Source: Mustelus asterias (lineage: Eukaryota). Taken from it: a stretch of 64,000 nucleotides of DNA. Position 1 is the stretch's first letter; each line of letters opens with the position of its first letter. The stretch spans positions 310,001 to 374,000 of the forward strand of contig NW_027590142.1 of NCBI RefSeq assembly GCF_964213995.1. Reading direction: 5' to 3'. Below are positions 1 to 13,134 of this stretch, piece by piece. The translations under genes and the position numbers were made by a program. The notes beneath the pieces were generated by a model. It saw only the letters and a program-made list of their open reading frames with translations, was not told the origin of the DNA and searched no databases.

Positions 1-1
1 T

Positions 2-340
2 GATGAGAGACCTTTTAAATGTCCAGACTGTGGGAAATGCTTTAAAAATTCTGTAAATCTGCACTACCATCAACGTGTTCACACTGATGAGAAACCATTC
101 AGGTGCTCTCACTGTGGGACTGGGTTCAAGCAATCATCTCAACTCACTGTACACCAGCGCACTCACACTGGGGAGAGACCCTTCACCTGCTCCCAGCGTG
201 GGAATGGATTTGCTCACTCATCCACTTTGCTGACACACCAGCGAATTCACACCGGGGAGAAGCCGTTCACTTGTTCCAAGTGTGGAAAGGGATTCAGTCA
301 GTCATCCAATCTGCTGAGACACCAGCGAGTTCACAAGTAA
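2..340 (+). CDS. 3' end of a C2H2 zinc-finger gene (ZNF-1), 5' part outside the window; 4 fingers, one with Cys->Arg
   Basis: Frame from base 2 reads [42 protein letters not shown]...HQRVHK* (TAA 338-340), with TGERP-type linkers. Confidence 0.9.
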   Translation, partial: DERPFKCPDCGKCFKNSVNLHYHQRVHTDEKPFRCSHCGTGFKQSSQLTVHQRTHTGERPFTCSQRGNGFAHSSTLLTHQRIHTGEKPFTCSKCGKGFSQSSNLLRHQRVHK

Positions 341-454
341 CTATTGTGATTGGATTTTGCTGTTTTCGTGTTCAGACTGAATCATGTACCTTTGGGTCTG
401 TTTCTGCTGAATTGAAAAGTGACTCCAGCTCTGTTATAGGTGTTGATATAATTG

Positions 455-582
455 GTCTTAGAAGGGGAGGATTTGGGGTCAGGAAACTTGCACAAAACAT
501 CAGATCAGGATTGGATGGAATTGCACAATGTATTGTAACCTGAACAGCAGAGAATTTTGAACATGGAAGGAAATAGCACCGT
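455..582 (+). pseudogene. Truncated 5' piece of another ZNF gene, cut by a LINE insertion
   Basis: aaacatcagatcaggattgg...ttgaacATGGAAGGAAATAGCACCG matches the leader and MEGKST start of ZNF-6 (reverse complement of ~24190-24290). Confidence 0.6.
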
Positions 583-589
583 TTTAATT

Positions 590-2640
590 ATCAAACAGTC
601 GCGAGATTTGAGGAAGATTCCAGTAGATTGCAAAGTAGCAAATGTAACTCCTATATTCAAAAAAAGGAGGGAGGCAAAACGGACACTAAAGACCACTTAA
701 TCTAAAACCTGATGTAGGGAAAATATTAAAGCTTTATTAAAGATATCATGAGCATGAGAAAAATTCAGACAACCAGAGAGAGTCAGCACGGTTTGAGAAA
801 GGGAAATCATATTCAACCTATTTATTGGAGTTCTTTGAAGGAGTCACATATACTTTGGATAAAGGGGGTCGGTTCGCTCAGTTGGCCGGGTGGCTGGTTT
901 GTGATGCACAGCAACACCAACAGCACAGTTTCAATTCTCGTGCCAACCAAGATTATTCATGAAGGTGCCGTCTCCTCAATCTTGCCCCTCACCTGAGGTG
1001 TGGTGATCCAAGATGATGAAAGGTGTGGATAAAGCAGACGTGGAACGGATGCTTCCTCTTCTGGGGCATTCTAGGATGAGAGGTCATAGCCTTAGGATAA
1101 GGGGCAGCAAAGTTAAAACAGAGTTGAGGAGAAACTGCTTCTCCCAAAGGGTTATGAATCTGTGGAATTCGCTGTCCCAAAGGGTGGTGGATGCTGGGAC
1201 AGTGAGTAAATTTGAGGAGTTAGACAGATTTTTAATTGGTAATGGGTTGAAGGGTTATGGGGAGAAGGCAGGAAAATGGGGATGAGGAGGTTATCAGCCA
1301 TGATCGAATGGTGGAACAGACTCGATTGGCCGAATGGTCTAATTCTGCTCCTATATCTTATTAATTTATGATCCTCAGGTTAAGTGACCACCAGTCAGCT
1401 CTCCCTCTCAAGGGGACATCTGGGAGATGGTGACTTTATATTATTGGATAATGGGGCAGCAAAGGTGAATGTACTGTACTTAGATTTCCAAAATGCATTT
1501 CATAATCTGCCACATCAAAGCTTAATGTGGAAAATAGAATCTCTGTGTGGGGGTAATATGGCATGGAAAGAAGATTGGCGAGCTAACGGGAAACAGAGTT
1601 GGCACACATGGATCTTTATCTGGTTGACAGGATGTGACGAGTGATGTGCCAAAGCGATCAGAACTGGGACCTCTACTTTTAACAATTTATATAAATGACT
1701 TGGATGCAAGCATGGTCGCTAAATTTGCTGAGGACACAAAGGTAGAAAAGTAAGTTGTGAAGAGGATGTAAGGAGGCTACAAAGGGATGTAGATAAGTTC
1801 AGCTAGTGGGCAAAGATTTGGCAAATGGAGTATAACATGGGCAAATGTGGAATTATCAATTTTGGCAGGAATTCCTGCCAAATTTAAAAAACACATTAAA
1901 TCGTGAGAGGTTGCAGAGCTCTGAGATTCGGAGGGATCTGGGTGCATGAATCACAAAAGGCTGGAATGCAGGTACAGGAAGTAATGAGGAAAGTTAGTAG
2001 AATGTCATTGTTTATTGTGAGGAAATTGGTTACAAAAGGAGTGAGTTTATGTTTCAGTCAGACAGGACACTGGTGAGACCACATCTGGAGTGTTGTTAAA
2101 GTATTGAACTCCTTATTTAAGGAAAGATGTAAATGTATTGGCAGCAGTTCAGAGAATGTCTACCAGACTAATACCAGAAATTGGCAGGTTGTCTTATGAG
2201 GAAAGATTGAGAATCTGGGCTTGTATCCACTGGAGTTTAGAAGAGTAAGAGGGGCCTTGATTGAAACCTTTTAAGTTTCTGAGGGCTATTGACTGGGTTG
2301 ATGTGGAAAGGATGTTTTTTTTTCTTGCAGGAGAATTTTGAACAAGGAGACACTGTTTAAAAATGTGTTTCAGACAGAGGTGGGGAGAAGTGTTGTCTCT
2401 CAGAGGATCATGGATCTTTGGAACTCTCTTCCTCAAAAGGCAGAGGAAGCAGAATCTTGGAATATTTTGAAGAAGAGCAAGATGGTCTCCTGATTAACAA
2501 GGAGATGGAAGATTATTGGTGAGGGTAGTGGGCAGGAATGTGGGGTTGAGGTTACAATCAGATCAGCCACGATCTTATTGAATGGTGGAACAGGCTCGAG
2601 GGGCCGAGTGGCCTCTTTCTGTTCCTAATTATTAAGTTCG
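590..2640 (+). mobile_element. Degenerate CR1-clade (HER1-like) LINE fragments with nested short repeats
   Basis: Broken ORF2 motifs (VTPIFKKG, YLDFQNAF, KFAEDTK, RVMNLWNSL) and CR1-type 3' UTRs. Confidence 0.8.
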
Positions 2641-3753
2641 AATGAGTCTGTTTCCATTGCTGTTAATAAACAACAGTCCATTTATAGATGTTAATATTGT
2701 GGATAATAGTCAAATAAATTGACTTTGTTTTAAACACACGGCCTTTTTAATATCTGTAACACAGGTTCGTCCAATGATTGGCCGTGGTAAAATTGACCTT
2801 AGTGTCAGTGGTAATAGCAGGGTCATTAAATGGGGTTACGGGAATAGGGCCCGGGTGGGATTGTGGTCGGTGCAGACTGGATGGGCTGAATGGCCTCCTT
2901 CTGCACTGTAGGGATTCTATGATTCTAGTCTTGTAATAGAATATTGTAACTATGTTAATATATTTCCAGGCATCGTTATTCCAATAGAGAAGGAGTCCAT
3001 GTCAACTCTCTGTAGAGCAATCCAGTCAGACCCATTGCCCCTCCGTCTACTCATTCTCCTGCAAGATTATTTTCTTCAAGTGCGCATCCAATTTCATTTT
3101 GAAATCTTTAATTGCTTTCAATGCCACCAGATCCGTGGGCACCCAGTTCCAGATCATGATCACTCGCTGCACCCACTATATCTCCAACCAAGTAATGAGT
3201 GCTGCATATTACACACATTTGAACAGGAAGTGATGCGCATGGATTGGTTAACCAACATGAATTGGCACCTTTAGGAGAATTGGGAGGGTGTATAGTGGGA
3301 TACAGCAGGGTAAGAATAGTGGGGAAAAGTAAAGAATTTTCTGTAAAAACTGGAATTGTCTTTTCTGAATTTCTAAGTTGCACTGACAGTGATGAATTTT
3401 GGAAATTCGTGTTACAGGATATCAGAAGAGGATTTCCAGACAGAAATCTCAAAACAAACACTCATGGTGATCTGACAGATTAACTCCATTCATCGGAACC
3501 TGGAAAACATCAGCCTTTGGAATCTACAAAGAGAAATATTTGTCTGTTCTTCTGCTTCAAGAGATTTCAACCATAAATGTGATTGGAAAAGTGTGGACGC
3601 ACATAGATCGGAGTGAGAGCGTTCCAGTGAACTGACTGTGGAAAAAAACTCCAACACATCTTGAAAAGACAGCACCAGTCACATTGGGGTGAGACCGTTC
3701 GGGTGTTTTGTTGTGGATGAGGCTTCAGCTGACTGTCAAACTGGGAGAGACAC

Positions 3754-4695
3754 ATGGACACCAGCACCATGGAGAAGCCGTGGAAATGTGGAGACTGTGG
3801 TAAAGGATTCAATTTCTCACACCAACTGGAAACTCATCGATGTAATCACACTGGGGAGAGGCCGTTCATTTGCTTGGAGTGTGGGAAGGGATTTGCTCAT
3901 TCATCCTCCCTGCAGACACACAAACGAGTTCACACAGGGGAGTGGCCATTCACCTGCCCCGAGTGCGGGAAAGGATTCACAAGTTCATCCCACCTGGAGA
4001 CACACAAGCGAGTTCACAGCGGGGAGAAGCCATTCACCTGCTCCGATTGTGGGAAGGGATTCAGTGAATCATCCAACTTGCTGATGCACCAGCGAGGTCA
4101 CACCGGGGAGAAATGGTTCACGTGTTCAGAGTGTGGGAAGGGATTCACTCAGTTATCCCACCTGCAGACACACGAGCGAGTTCACACCGGGGAGAGGCCA
4201 TTCATCTGCCCTGAGTGTGGGAAAGGATTCAGTAATTCATCCAACCTGCAGAGGCACCAGCGAATTCACACCAGGGAGAGACCGTTCAGCTGCTCCGAGT
4301 GTGGGAAGGGATTCACTGATTCATCCTATCTGCTGATACATCAGCGAGTTCACACTGGGGAGAGGCCGTTCATCTGCCCTGAGTGTGGGAAGCGTTTCCC
4401 TTATGCATCAAATCTGCAGAAACATCGACGATTGCACACTGGGGAGAGACCATTCACCTGCCCAAATTGTGGGAAAACATTCACTCAGTCATCCCACCTG
4501 CAGACACATCAGCGAGTTCACACTGGAGAGAGACCATTCACCTGCTCTCAGTGTGAGAAAGGATTCAGTAATTCATCCAACCTGCGGACACACCAGCGAG
4601 TTCACACTGGGGAGAGACCGTTCACCTGCTCTGACTGTGGGAAAGGATTCACTAAGTCATCGCAACTGCTGAGACACCAGCGAGTTCACAAGTGA
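3754..4695 (+). CDS. C2H2 zinc-finger protein (ZNF-2), 11 tandem fingers, no KRAB/SCAN/BTB domain visible
   Basis: Intact 313-aa ORF; [14 protein letters not shown] start; repeated CxxC-12-HxxxH with HTGERPF linkers. Confidence 0.92.
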   Translation: MDTSTMEKPWKCGDCGKGFNFSHQLETHRCNHTGERPFICLECGKGFAHSSSLQTHKRVHTGEWPFTCPECGKGFTSSSHLETHKRVHSGEKPFTCSDCGKGFSESSNLLMHQRGHTGEKWFTCSECGKGFTQLSHLQTHERVHTGERPFICPECGKGFSNSSNLQRHQRIHTRERPFSCSECGKGFTDSSYLLIHQRVHTGERPFICPECGKRFPYASNLQKHRRLHTGERPFTCPNCGKTFTQSSHLQTHQRVHTGERPFTCSQCEKGFSNSSNLRTHQRVHTGERPFTCSDCGKGFTKSSQLLRHQRVHK

Positions 4696-4721
4696 TGACA
4701 GGGGTTGGATTCTGCTGTTAT

Positions 4722-5068
4722 TGTCAGAGGCTACAGAAGGATATAGATAGGCTGGAAATTTGGGCAAAGAAATGGCAGATGGAGTTCAATCCGGATAAAT
4801 GCGAAGTGATGCATTTTGGTAGGACTAACGTAGGGGGGAGCTATACGATAAATGGCAGAACCATAAAGGGTGTAGATACGCAGAGGGACCTGGGTGTGCA
4901 AGTCCACAGATCCTTGAAGGTGACGTCACAGGTGGAGAAGGTGGTGAAGAAGGCATATGGCATGCTTGCCTTTATAGGATGGGGCATAGAGTATAACAGT
5001 TGGGGTCTGATGTTGCAGTTGTATAGAACGTTGGTTCGGCCACATTTGGAATACTGCGTCCAGTTTGT
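4722..5068 (+). mobile_element. CR1-clade LINE ORF2 fragment inserted in the ZNF-2 3' UTR
   Basis: QKDIDRLEIWAKKWQMEFNPDKCEVMHFG...[12 protein letters not shown]. Confidence 0.9.
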
Positions 5069-6234
5069 GGTGACTGTTGTAAAATGGAGGAAACTGCGGA
5101 CCTGGGTAATCAAATTTAGTTTTAAAATTCAATCATTTTTATACCATATTCATTGCTATAAGTAGCAAGGTCAAGGAAGCCATTTTAAACTCAAAACATG
5201 TGGCTTCTAACAGTCTATTCACCTTCTGTCAGTTGGCGTTATTCGCTATAAATTGATTTTATATTAACAGCCAGTCATGAAACATATGATTATTCAGTAA
5301 TGAACCTTGATTAAGATATCGTTCGTGACTCAGTGCAATAGACAACTATATCATAAAGGCTAGATCTTTATTTTAAAATATTAACACTGAATCACCTGAA
5401 ATGTTTCCAGAAACCGCAGAGCCGGCAGAAATTGTTTAAAGGAAGAAATTATTCTCTAATTTTGATAAACTACAGGAAATCATATTCTTCCAAAGTCCAG
5501 CTGAAGAATAAGGTTCATTGTTCAGTCTGGTCAGGATTAGTAAGGAAGAAAGCTGTTGTCTTTCTACAAACTGTCTTTTTGAACTCGTCTATCTTGTAGT
5601 AACCAAGTTTATTATTTAAAGATTACTGTATTAATTAGCTAGCAGTCAGCAATAGATGATTGGAGAAGTAGTGAGATTTAATTGAGTTACAATTAATAAA
5701 TCAATCAAGAATCAGTCGCTATTTTTAAGTTTATATATTAGTATCACATGTCGGCTTATAGTAAAAACTGAGTTTTATTTGCTGTAAAAGTGTATAATCT
5801 GAATTGCTGTGGATGTGAAGAATGTGCACTGATGATAAATGTACTGGTAAGAGAGACCTTCAAGCTCTGATTTGTCTCAGAATTTGAAATTGTCTGAATA
5901 CCTGATTGTATAGAATCAGATAAAGGGTTAGTATGAAACTGTGCAATTGTATTCCTGTCTAAGATAATGAGAGAAGGTGGTGTCAGTAATTGGGGATCCG
6001 GTTAAATTAATCTGGTAACCAAATTGACCAAGTGTCATGTCACAATCAGCCCAACTCTGATGTCAGGTAATGGTCACTTTGGGGATAAAAGGGGCAGATG
6101 GGGTACTTGGGTTGGCATCTCATCCTAAAGGCAGCAGCTCTAATAATGCAGCACTCCCTCAGTGCTGGCACTTTGAATGTTGGCCTCAGGTCAATGGACT
6201 GGGATTTGAAAGAACAATCTTCTGATTCAGAGTG

Positions 6235-6645
6235 TAGATTTGATTTATTATCGTCACATGTATGAACATACAATCAAAAGTCTTGTTTCTTGCACGCTAT
6301 ACAGACAAAGCATACCGTTCATAGAGAAGGAAATGAGAGAGTGCAGAATGTAGTGTTACAGTCACAGCTAGGGTGTGGAGAAAGATCAACTTTATGCAGG
6401 GCAAGTCCATTCAAAAGTCTGATGGCAGCAGGGAAGAAGCTGTTCTTGAGTCAGTTGGTATGTGACCTCAGACTTTTGTATCTTTTTACCAACAGAAGAA
6501 GGTGGAAGAGCAAATGTCCAGGTTGTGTGGGGTCCTTAATTATGCTGGCTGCTTTTCCAAGGCAGCGGGAAAAGTAGACAGAGTCAATGCATGGGAGGCT
6601 GGTTTGTGTGATGGACTGGGCTTTGTTCATGACCCTTGTTAGTTT
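6235..6645 (-). mobile_element. Rex1/Babar-type non-LTR retrotransposon 3' fragment
   Basis: KAASIIKDPTQPGHLLFHLL...RYKSLRSHTN C-terminal motif; related pieces at ~14030-14150, ~14420-14680, ~30280-30475 and ~30980-31510. Confidence 0.7.
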
Positions 6646-7906
6646 CTTGTGCAAGAGTGTGATCCACTGTGCCGTGGCTGATACAGTAGACAATACAAAG
6701 TTAGAAAGGGAAAGTTATTCTTCACCTCCAGTGCCTCAATGTAAAAATAACAACCTCATACAAAAACAGGTATTGAATGCACAAATGTCAAAGAGTTTAT
6801 TGAAAGCTACAATTTTCAGGTTCCCACTTGAGCCTGGGGCACCTTTCTGTCTCTACTGCTTGTGTCAATGCCAGCCAGGCAACGGAGCTAAGAGCTGAAT
6901 TTAACTGAGAATAATGGGGCCTGTGCCCCAGTTGGGAAACTGCCCTGGACGTCGCACTGATAGAGAGACAGGTAGGTGCTGGAGGACTGACTGGGAAATG
7001 GGCCTCCAGCCAATTGGGGCAGGAGACGGGGCGATTGGGGCAGATGGTGACGGAACCCCTGGGGTTCAGTCCATGTGCCCAAAGTGTGGAGTCACAGTAA
7101 CAGGTGCAGAGGAGCTGGAGAGAAACCATTTGGGCCCAGAGCATTGTGAACATCCTTTTAATCTATAGAATTGGGATTCGGGGTGTCCATTAACCCTTTA
7201 TTCTCTTTTCCTAAACTCTGAAATGATTCCCAGTGATAACCCTTATTGGTGACAGTGGTTAGATTTTATTCAGTATCAATAAGAGCTGACACAGTCTGAT
7301 GTCTGAGCAGTCGTATCAAAGTGCAGCAGCATTACTATTACACTCTGGGTAGAAGCAGCATCTCCATGTAAATACTCCCTGGTTGCCTCCCACAGTGCAA
7401 AGATGTACAGGTTAGGCAGATTGACCAATGCTAAATTGCCCCGTAAATGTCCCAGGATGTTATGGTTAGGGGGATTAGTGGGGTAAATGCGTGGGGTTAT
7501 GGGGCTAGGGCGGGGAGGGGTGTGTCTGGGGAAGATGCTCTGACAGAGAGTCGGTGCAGACTCGATGGGCCAAATGGCCTCCTTTTGCATAGTAGGGATT
7601 CTATGATTACCATAATTACCACAATCAGTTCCAGACAGGAAACTTAAACCTGCTGTTTCACTCTCAGTCAGGAACAGATCCCAGTTTTACACCAATCTCT
7701 GATTTGACAGTATGTTTCCAGCATTCAGTGTTGTTCTTACTGACTCTAAACACAGTTGTAAAGGAGCCTCTGTTCCGTGCCGAGGAGCTCTGAACCATGG
7801 AAGAGAACAGCTGGGACACATTTCTTACACACCTCAGGTTTAACCCACACATTTAGTCCTCAATGTGATCAACAGCAGCAATAACAGAGAACTCCAACCT
7901 CTGCAC

Positions 7907-8665
7907 TCACTTGTGAATTTGCTGGTGTGTCAGCAGGTTAGAAGATTGAGTGAATCCCTTCCCACACATGGAGCAGGTGAATGGTCTCTCCACAGTGTGA
8001 GTGCGCTGGTGTTTCAATAGATGAGATGAACAAGTAAATCTTTTCTCACACTCGGAGCAGGTGAATGGCCTCTCTCCGCTGTGAACTCGCCGGTGTGTCA
8101 GCAGTGCGGCTGATCGAGTGAATCCTTTCTCACACTCGGAGCAGGTGAACAGCCTCTCTCCAGTGTGAGTGCGTCGATGTCTCAGCAGATTATCACTGTT
8201 TTTAAAGCTCTCCTCACAGTCAGGACATTTAAAAGCTCTTGCATCAGAGTGAGTGCGCTGGTGTCTCAACAGGTTGGATGAATTAATGAACCCCTTCCCA
8301 CCCATGGAGCAGGTGAACGGCCTCTCCCCAGTGTGAGTGCGCTGGTGTACAGTGAATTCAGATGATTTCCTGAACCCAGTCCCGCAGTGAGAGCACCTGA
8401 ATGGCCTCTGGTCAGTGTGAACACGTTGATGGGACATCAGGTCCCCAGAACTTTTATAGCCCTTCCCGCAGTCTGGGCATTTAAAAGGTCTCAGGTCAGT
8501 GTGAACTCGCTGGTGTTGCAGCAGGTTGGATGACTCTCTGAATCCCTTCCCACATATGGAGCAGGTGAATGGCCTCTCCCTAGTGTGAGTGCGCTGATGG
8601 ATTTCCAGCTGGGACGGCCATTTGAATCCCTTCCCACAATCCTCACATTTCCACGGTTTCTCCAT
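7907..8665 (-). CDS. C2H2 zinc-finger protein (ZNF-3), 9 fingers (one Cys->Gly)
   Basis: ORF 7907-8743; likely ATG at 8665 ([10 protein letters not shown]); degenerate fingers continue upstream to ~8900. Confidence 0.9.
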   Translation of the reverse strand: MEKPWKCEDCGKGFKWPSQLEIHQRTHTRERPFTCSICGKGFRESSNLLQHQRVHTDLRPFKCPDCGKGYKSSGDLMSHQRVHTDQRPFRCSHCGTGFRKSSEFTVHQRTHTGERPFTCSMGGKGFINSSNLLRHQRTHSDARAFKCPDCEESFKNSDNLLRHRRTHTGERLFTCSECEKGFTRSAALLTHRRVHSGERPFTCSECEKRFTCSSHLLKHQRTHTVERPFTCSMCGKGFTQSSNLLTHQQIHK

Positions 8666-9692
8666 GGTGCCGATGTGTCTCTCCAGGTTGTTGATCAGTT
8701 GAAGGCTCCACACACACACAACACGTGTACAGTTTCTCCCCAATGTAAATGGCGTGATGTTTTTTCAGGGTGTGTAACTGGTTAAAGCTCTTTCCAGCCA
8801 GAACACCTTCACTCGGGTGTATGTGTGTGTGTCTCGGTGCTTTCCCAATCACACTGATGTTTGAAATCTTTTCCCACAGACAGAACAGAAATCCTTTCTC
8901 CTTCCACATTCACATCCCGATGCCTCAAATAGCTCCGTCAGATCTTGACGTGATGTTAGGTTTGAGTTTCCTCTCCTTCCAATATCCTGGAAAAGAAGTT
9001 TACAAATGTCATCACGGTAAATCCAGGATAGAAATTCAGAACAGGCAATTCCAGTTTCTGTGGAACATTTTTGTTCCCCATCCCACACAATCCCCCTGCG
9101 CAGAATCCAGTGAAGTGTCTTTCCTTCACTCCCAGTTTTCCCTCCCCCATTTCTCTGGCTGTGTTCAGATCTCCAGCTGCTGTTTGCAGAATAAGAATAA
9201 AATCAATCATTTTCTCTCCTGGTCACTGCTCCCTGATGCCCCGCCAACCCAATGCCCCTTCACTAACACGGCCACACATGTACACTGTTGGTTGGACAAG
9301 ACTCGCCAGCTTCCTCCCTCAAGTGGCACCTAGTCACCTGAGTACCTTGGGCATGACACCAAAAGAGCCCCACCTTCCCGATCTGCCCTGACTTCCTATT
9401 TCATTGGTAGTCTCTTGGGTTTGAGGATGACTTGCCTGATCTGTTTGTTAAATCCATCCATCTCCCTTGATTCCATAATCCTTAACACTCTCATCTCACA
9501 ACCTTCTTACAATCTGTTTTTAAATTTTCTGTTGACTGAATCTGATCAGAATTCCAGATTTCTATTTCCCGTGAAGTGATTCCTGACATTGCTCCTGAAC
9601 AGCCCAGTCTCAGTTAAACAAATAAATATCGCTGATTTGTATATTTAAATTGTGACAATTATTTTACTCTGAACTTTAAAAAAAACACGACA

Positions 9693-10290
9693 TGGCGGCA
9701 CAGTGGTTAGCACTGCTGCCTCAGCGCCAGGGACCTGGGTTCAATTCCAGCCTTGGGTCTGTGTGGAGTTTGCATGTTCTCCCCATGTCTGTGTGGGTTT
9801 CCTGTGTGCTCCGGTTTCCCCTCTCAGTCTGAAAGACGTGCTGGTTAGGTGCATTGACACAAACAGGTGCCGGAGTGTGGCGACTCGGGGAATTTCACAG
9901 TAACTTCATTGCAGTGTTACTGTAAGCCTTACTTGATATTAATAAATAAACTTTAACTTTAAAAACAAAAAAAGGCACAGTGGTTATCAATGCTGCCTGA
10001 CAGCTCCAGGGACCCGGGTTCGATTCCCGGCTTGGGTCACTATCTGTGTGGAGTTTGCACGTTCTCCCCGTGTCTGCGTGGGTTTCCTCCGGATGCTCCG
10101 GTTTCCTCCCACAGTCCAAAGAGGCGCAGGCTAGGTGGATTGGCCATGCTAAATTGACCTACTTAGTATCCTCAGGGGGATTAACAGGGTAAATAGGTGA
10201 GGTTGCAGTGATAGGGCCTGGGTGGGATTGTTGTTCGGTGCAGGCTCGATGGGCCAAATGGCCTCCTCTGCACTGTCGGAATTCTTTAAT
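9693..10290 (+). mobile_element. Two tandem tRNA-derived HE1-like SINEs
   Basis: A-box GGCACAGTGGTTAGC, B-box GGTTCGATTCC, conserved core GTGTGGAGTTTGCACGTTCTCCCCGTG. Other copies at ~2770-2925, 7380-7605, 16267-16575, 21060-21270(-), 25150-25890(-), 26100-26412 and 54340-54650. Confidence 0.85.
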
Positions 10291-10599
10291 AATCGCAGTG
10301 AAAGACTGGAGAAGCTGGAAATGGGAACCAAAAACAGAAAGTTCTGGAAATGGGAACTGAAAACAGGAAGTTGTGGAAATCCTCAGCAGGTTTTGGCAGC
10401 TTCTGTGAAGAGAGAGAAACAGAGTTAACATTTGCAATGCCAGAGGCTTGTTGTTGATGAGCTGAGTGTTTGCAGCATTGTGGTGAGCTTTGAGAAACAT
10501 ACTGAATGTGAGTTTCTAGTTCTCACACAGATCTGGCTGTCAATCTGATTTCACACCTTCCTCTGAACACTTTCCAAACTCAGCTCCAGCTCATTGTCC

Positions 10600-10925
10600 A
10601 GCCCTTCACTAAACACCCGGATGGACAATCACCACCTCAAGATGGCGGCGCCCGCATGTTGCCCGGGTAACCCGGGCCCAGGCAACAGGGAGCAGCCCCG
10701 CCCACTCCCCCCCTCCCTTAACAAGATGGCCGTCCCCGCGCACCGCTCCCTGAACAAAAGACAACGCCTTCCTCTCCCAAGGTGGCGGCCGGTGACCTGG
10801 TTCAATCCGGGACCCGGATGACCCTCTTCCTATTGGTCTGGAACTACCCGTCAATCACTCCCCGGCCCATTGTGAGCTGGAGCATGCGCGGTGTGGCTGT
10901 GAATCTGGACTCAGGCGGGTGAGTG
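10600..10925. promoter_or_regulatory. CpG-rich, probably bidirectional promoter between ZNF-3 (-) and ZNF-4 (+)
   Basis: YY1-type CAAGATGGCGGC (10638-10649) and CAAGATGGCCG (10722-10732), inverted CCAAT (~10832), NRF1-like GCATGCGC (~10882), splice donor G|GTGAGT at 10919. Confidence 0.7.
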
Positions 10926-11129
10926 CAGGAGGTTCCAAACCCCCCAATAAAACCCATTTGTTTTATTGTCAGTCTGCAGACAGGAGCTGGAGAACTGAAC
11001 CCAGACAGAGGAGAGGGAGGGAGAAAACTGGGAGTGGAGGAAAGAAATGGTGGAGAAGGGTTTGGATTTCAGCCCAGGGAGGAGGGAGAGTGTGTGGGAC
11101 GGGGATTTACAGATTCAGGAGAACAAAGA

Positions 11130-11712
11130 ACAATGCAGCACAGCAACAGGCCCTTTGGCCCACCGAGCCTGCGCTGATTCCTAATTTACACCCACTACTT
11201 ATTGTCCCTATATGGATTCTATCCCTCTGTTTGTCTCCCGTTTGTGTGTCTATCAACATATGCCTTGAACGTTGCTAACGTGCCTGCTTCCACAACCTCC
11301 ATTGGCAGCATGTTCCAGGCACCCACAACCCTCTGTGTGAAAAACTTTCCCCACCTCACCTTGAACCTGTGCCCTCTCATAGTCAACCCTTCCGCCCTGG
11401 GAAAAAGCCTCTGACTATCCACCCTAGCTATGCAACTCATAATTTTGTAGATTTCTATCAGGTCACCCTCAGTCTCCATCTTTCCAGTGAAAACAATCCA
11501 GGTTTATCCAACCTCTTTTCATATTTTAAACCCTCCAGACTGGGCAACATCTGGTAAACCTTCTTTATACTCTCTCCAAAGCATTCACGTCCTGGTAGTG
11601 TGGCAACCAGAACTGCATGTAATACTCCAAATGTGGCCTAACTAAAGTTTTATACAGCTGTAACACATCTTGCCAACATTTATACTTGATGCCCCGGCCA
11701 ATGAAGGCAAAC
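11130..11712 (-). mobile_element. CR1-clade LINE 3' fragment
   Basis: [37 protein letters not shown] motifs. Confidence 0.88.
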
Positions 11713-12117
11713 AAGAGAGGAAAGAATGTTCCAGAGAAACTAAAATTGTTCAAAATTTCTATCCTGGACTGACTGATGACTTTTGTAAACTGTTTTACAG
11801 AATATTGGAAAGGAGGAATTACAGACAGAAATAGATATCACATTGAGATCTGACAGAGTCACTCGATTCATCAGGGTCTGAATATCATTGGCCTTTGAAT
11901 GTGGAAGGAGAAAGGTTTGTTCTGTCTGTGGGAAAAGATTTCAAACATCAGTGTGACTGGAAAAGCACTGAGACACACACAAATACCTGAGAGAGTATTT
12001 CTGTGAACTGACTATGGAAAGAGCTTTAACCAATTACACAGCCTGAAAAAATAGCACACCATTCACAGCAAGGAGAAACTGTTCACATGTTCTGTGTGTG
12101 GACGAGGATTCAACTGA

Positions 12118-13134
12118 GTGTCCAACCTGGAGAGACACAAGAACACCGGCACCCTGGAGAAACCATGGAAATGTGGGGATTGTGGAAAGGGTTACAGTTA
12201 CCCTTCTGAACTGGAAATGCATCGACGCGCTCACACTGGGGAGAGGCCGTTCACCTGCTCCACCTGTGGGAAGGGATTCACTCAGTCATCCAGCCTGCTG
12301 ACACACCAGTATGTTCACACTGATCAGACACCTTTCAAATGTTCTGACTGTGAGAAAACATTTAAAAGCAAAAAGTATCTGCTGAGGCACCAACACATTC
12401 ACAGTGAGGAGAAGCCGTTCACCTGCCCCTTGTGTGGGAAGCGATTCACTGCTACATCCAACCTGCAGAAACACCAGCGAGTTCACACTGACAAGAGACC
12501 GTTTAAATGTCCGGACTGCGGGAAGTGCTTCAAAACCTCCGGTGAAGTGACGTGTCATCAACGTGTTCACACTGACGAGAGACCATTTAGATGTTCTCAC
12601 TGTGGGACTGGGTTCAGACGATCATCTGAACTCGCTGTACACCAGCGAATTCACACTGGAGAGAGACCATACACCTGCTCTGTGTGTGAGAAGAACTTCA
12701 TTCAATCATACCACCTGCTGAAACACCAGCAAATTCACATCAATGTAAAACCTTTTAAATGTTTTGACTGTGAGCAGAGCTTCAAAAGCAGCAAAAGTCT
12801 CGTGATGCACCAGCGAGTTCACACTGGGGAGAGACCGTTCACCTGCTCTGTGTGTGGGAAGGGATTCACTCAGTCATACAACCTGTTGAAACATCAGCGG
12901 ATTCACTCTAATATAAAACATTATAAATATTTTGATTCTGAACAGAACATTAAAAGTAGCAATGATCTAATGATACCCCAGCAAGTTCACACTGGAGAGA
13001 GACTGTTCACCTGTTCCGAGTGTGGGAATGTATTCACTGACTTACAGCAAATGCTCAGACACCAGCAACTTCATGAGTGTCTGCAGGGGTTGGATTCAAC
13101 TGCTTTTGCTGCTGTTAATCACATTGAGGACTGA
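12118..13134 (+). CDS. C2H2 zinc-finger ORF (ZNF-4), 10 fingers + 1 degenerate; canonical MEKPW start codon is CTG here
   Basis: 338-codon open frame; acceptor-like ttttacag at ~11800; the first in-frame ATG is inside finger 1, so coding status is uncertain. Confidence 0.75.
   Translation: MSNLERHKNTGTLEKPWKCGDCGKGYSYPSELEMHRRAHTGERPFTCSTCGKGFTQSSSLLTHQYVHTDQTPFKCSDCEKTFKSKKYLLRHQHIHSEEKPFTCPLCGKRFTATSNLQKHQRVHTDKRPFKCPDCGKCFKTSGEVTCHQRVHTDERPFRCSHCGTGFRRSSELAVHQRIHTGERPYTCSVCEKNFIQSYHLLKHQQIHINVKPFKCFDCEQSFKSSKSLVMHQRVHTGERPFTCSVCGKGFTQSYNLLKHQRIHSNIKHYKYFDSEQNIKSSNDLMIPQQVHTGERLFTCSECGNVFTDLQQMLRHQQLHECLQGLDSTAFAAVNHIED

Noticed and set aside
5076-6045. Possible solo LTR
   Set aside because: AT-rich insert truncating a LINE, but I could not define convincing termini or a TSD.
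11800-12117. Selenocysteine or programmed readthrough at the shared TGAs in ZNF leaders
   Set aside because: The leaders contain additional non-shared stops (e.g. TAG ~12052) and frameshifts, and no SECIS-like element was recognisable; readthrough would not restore an ORF.
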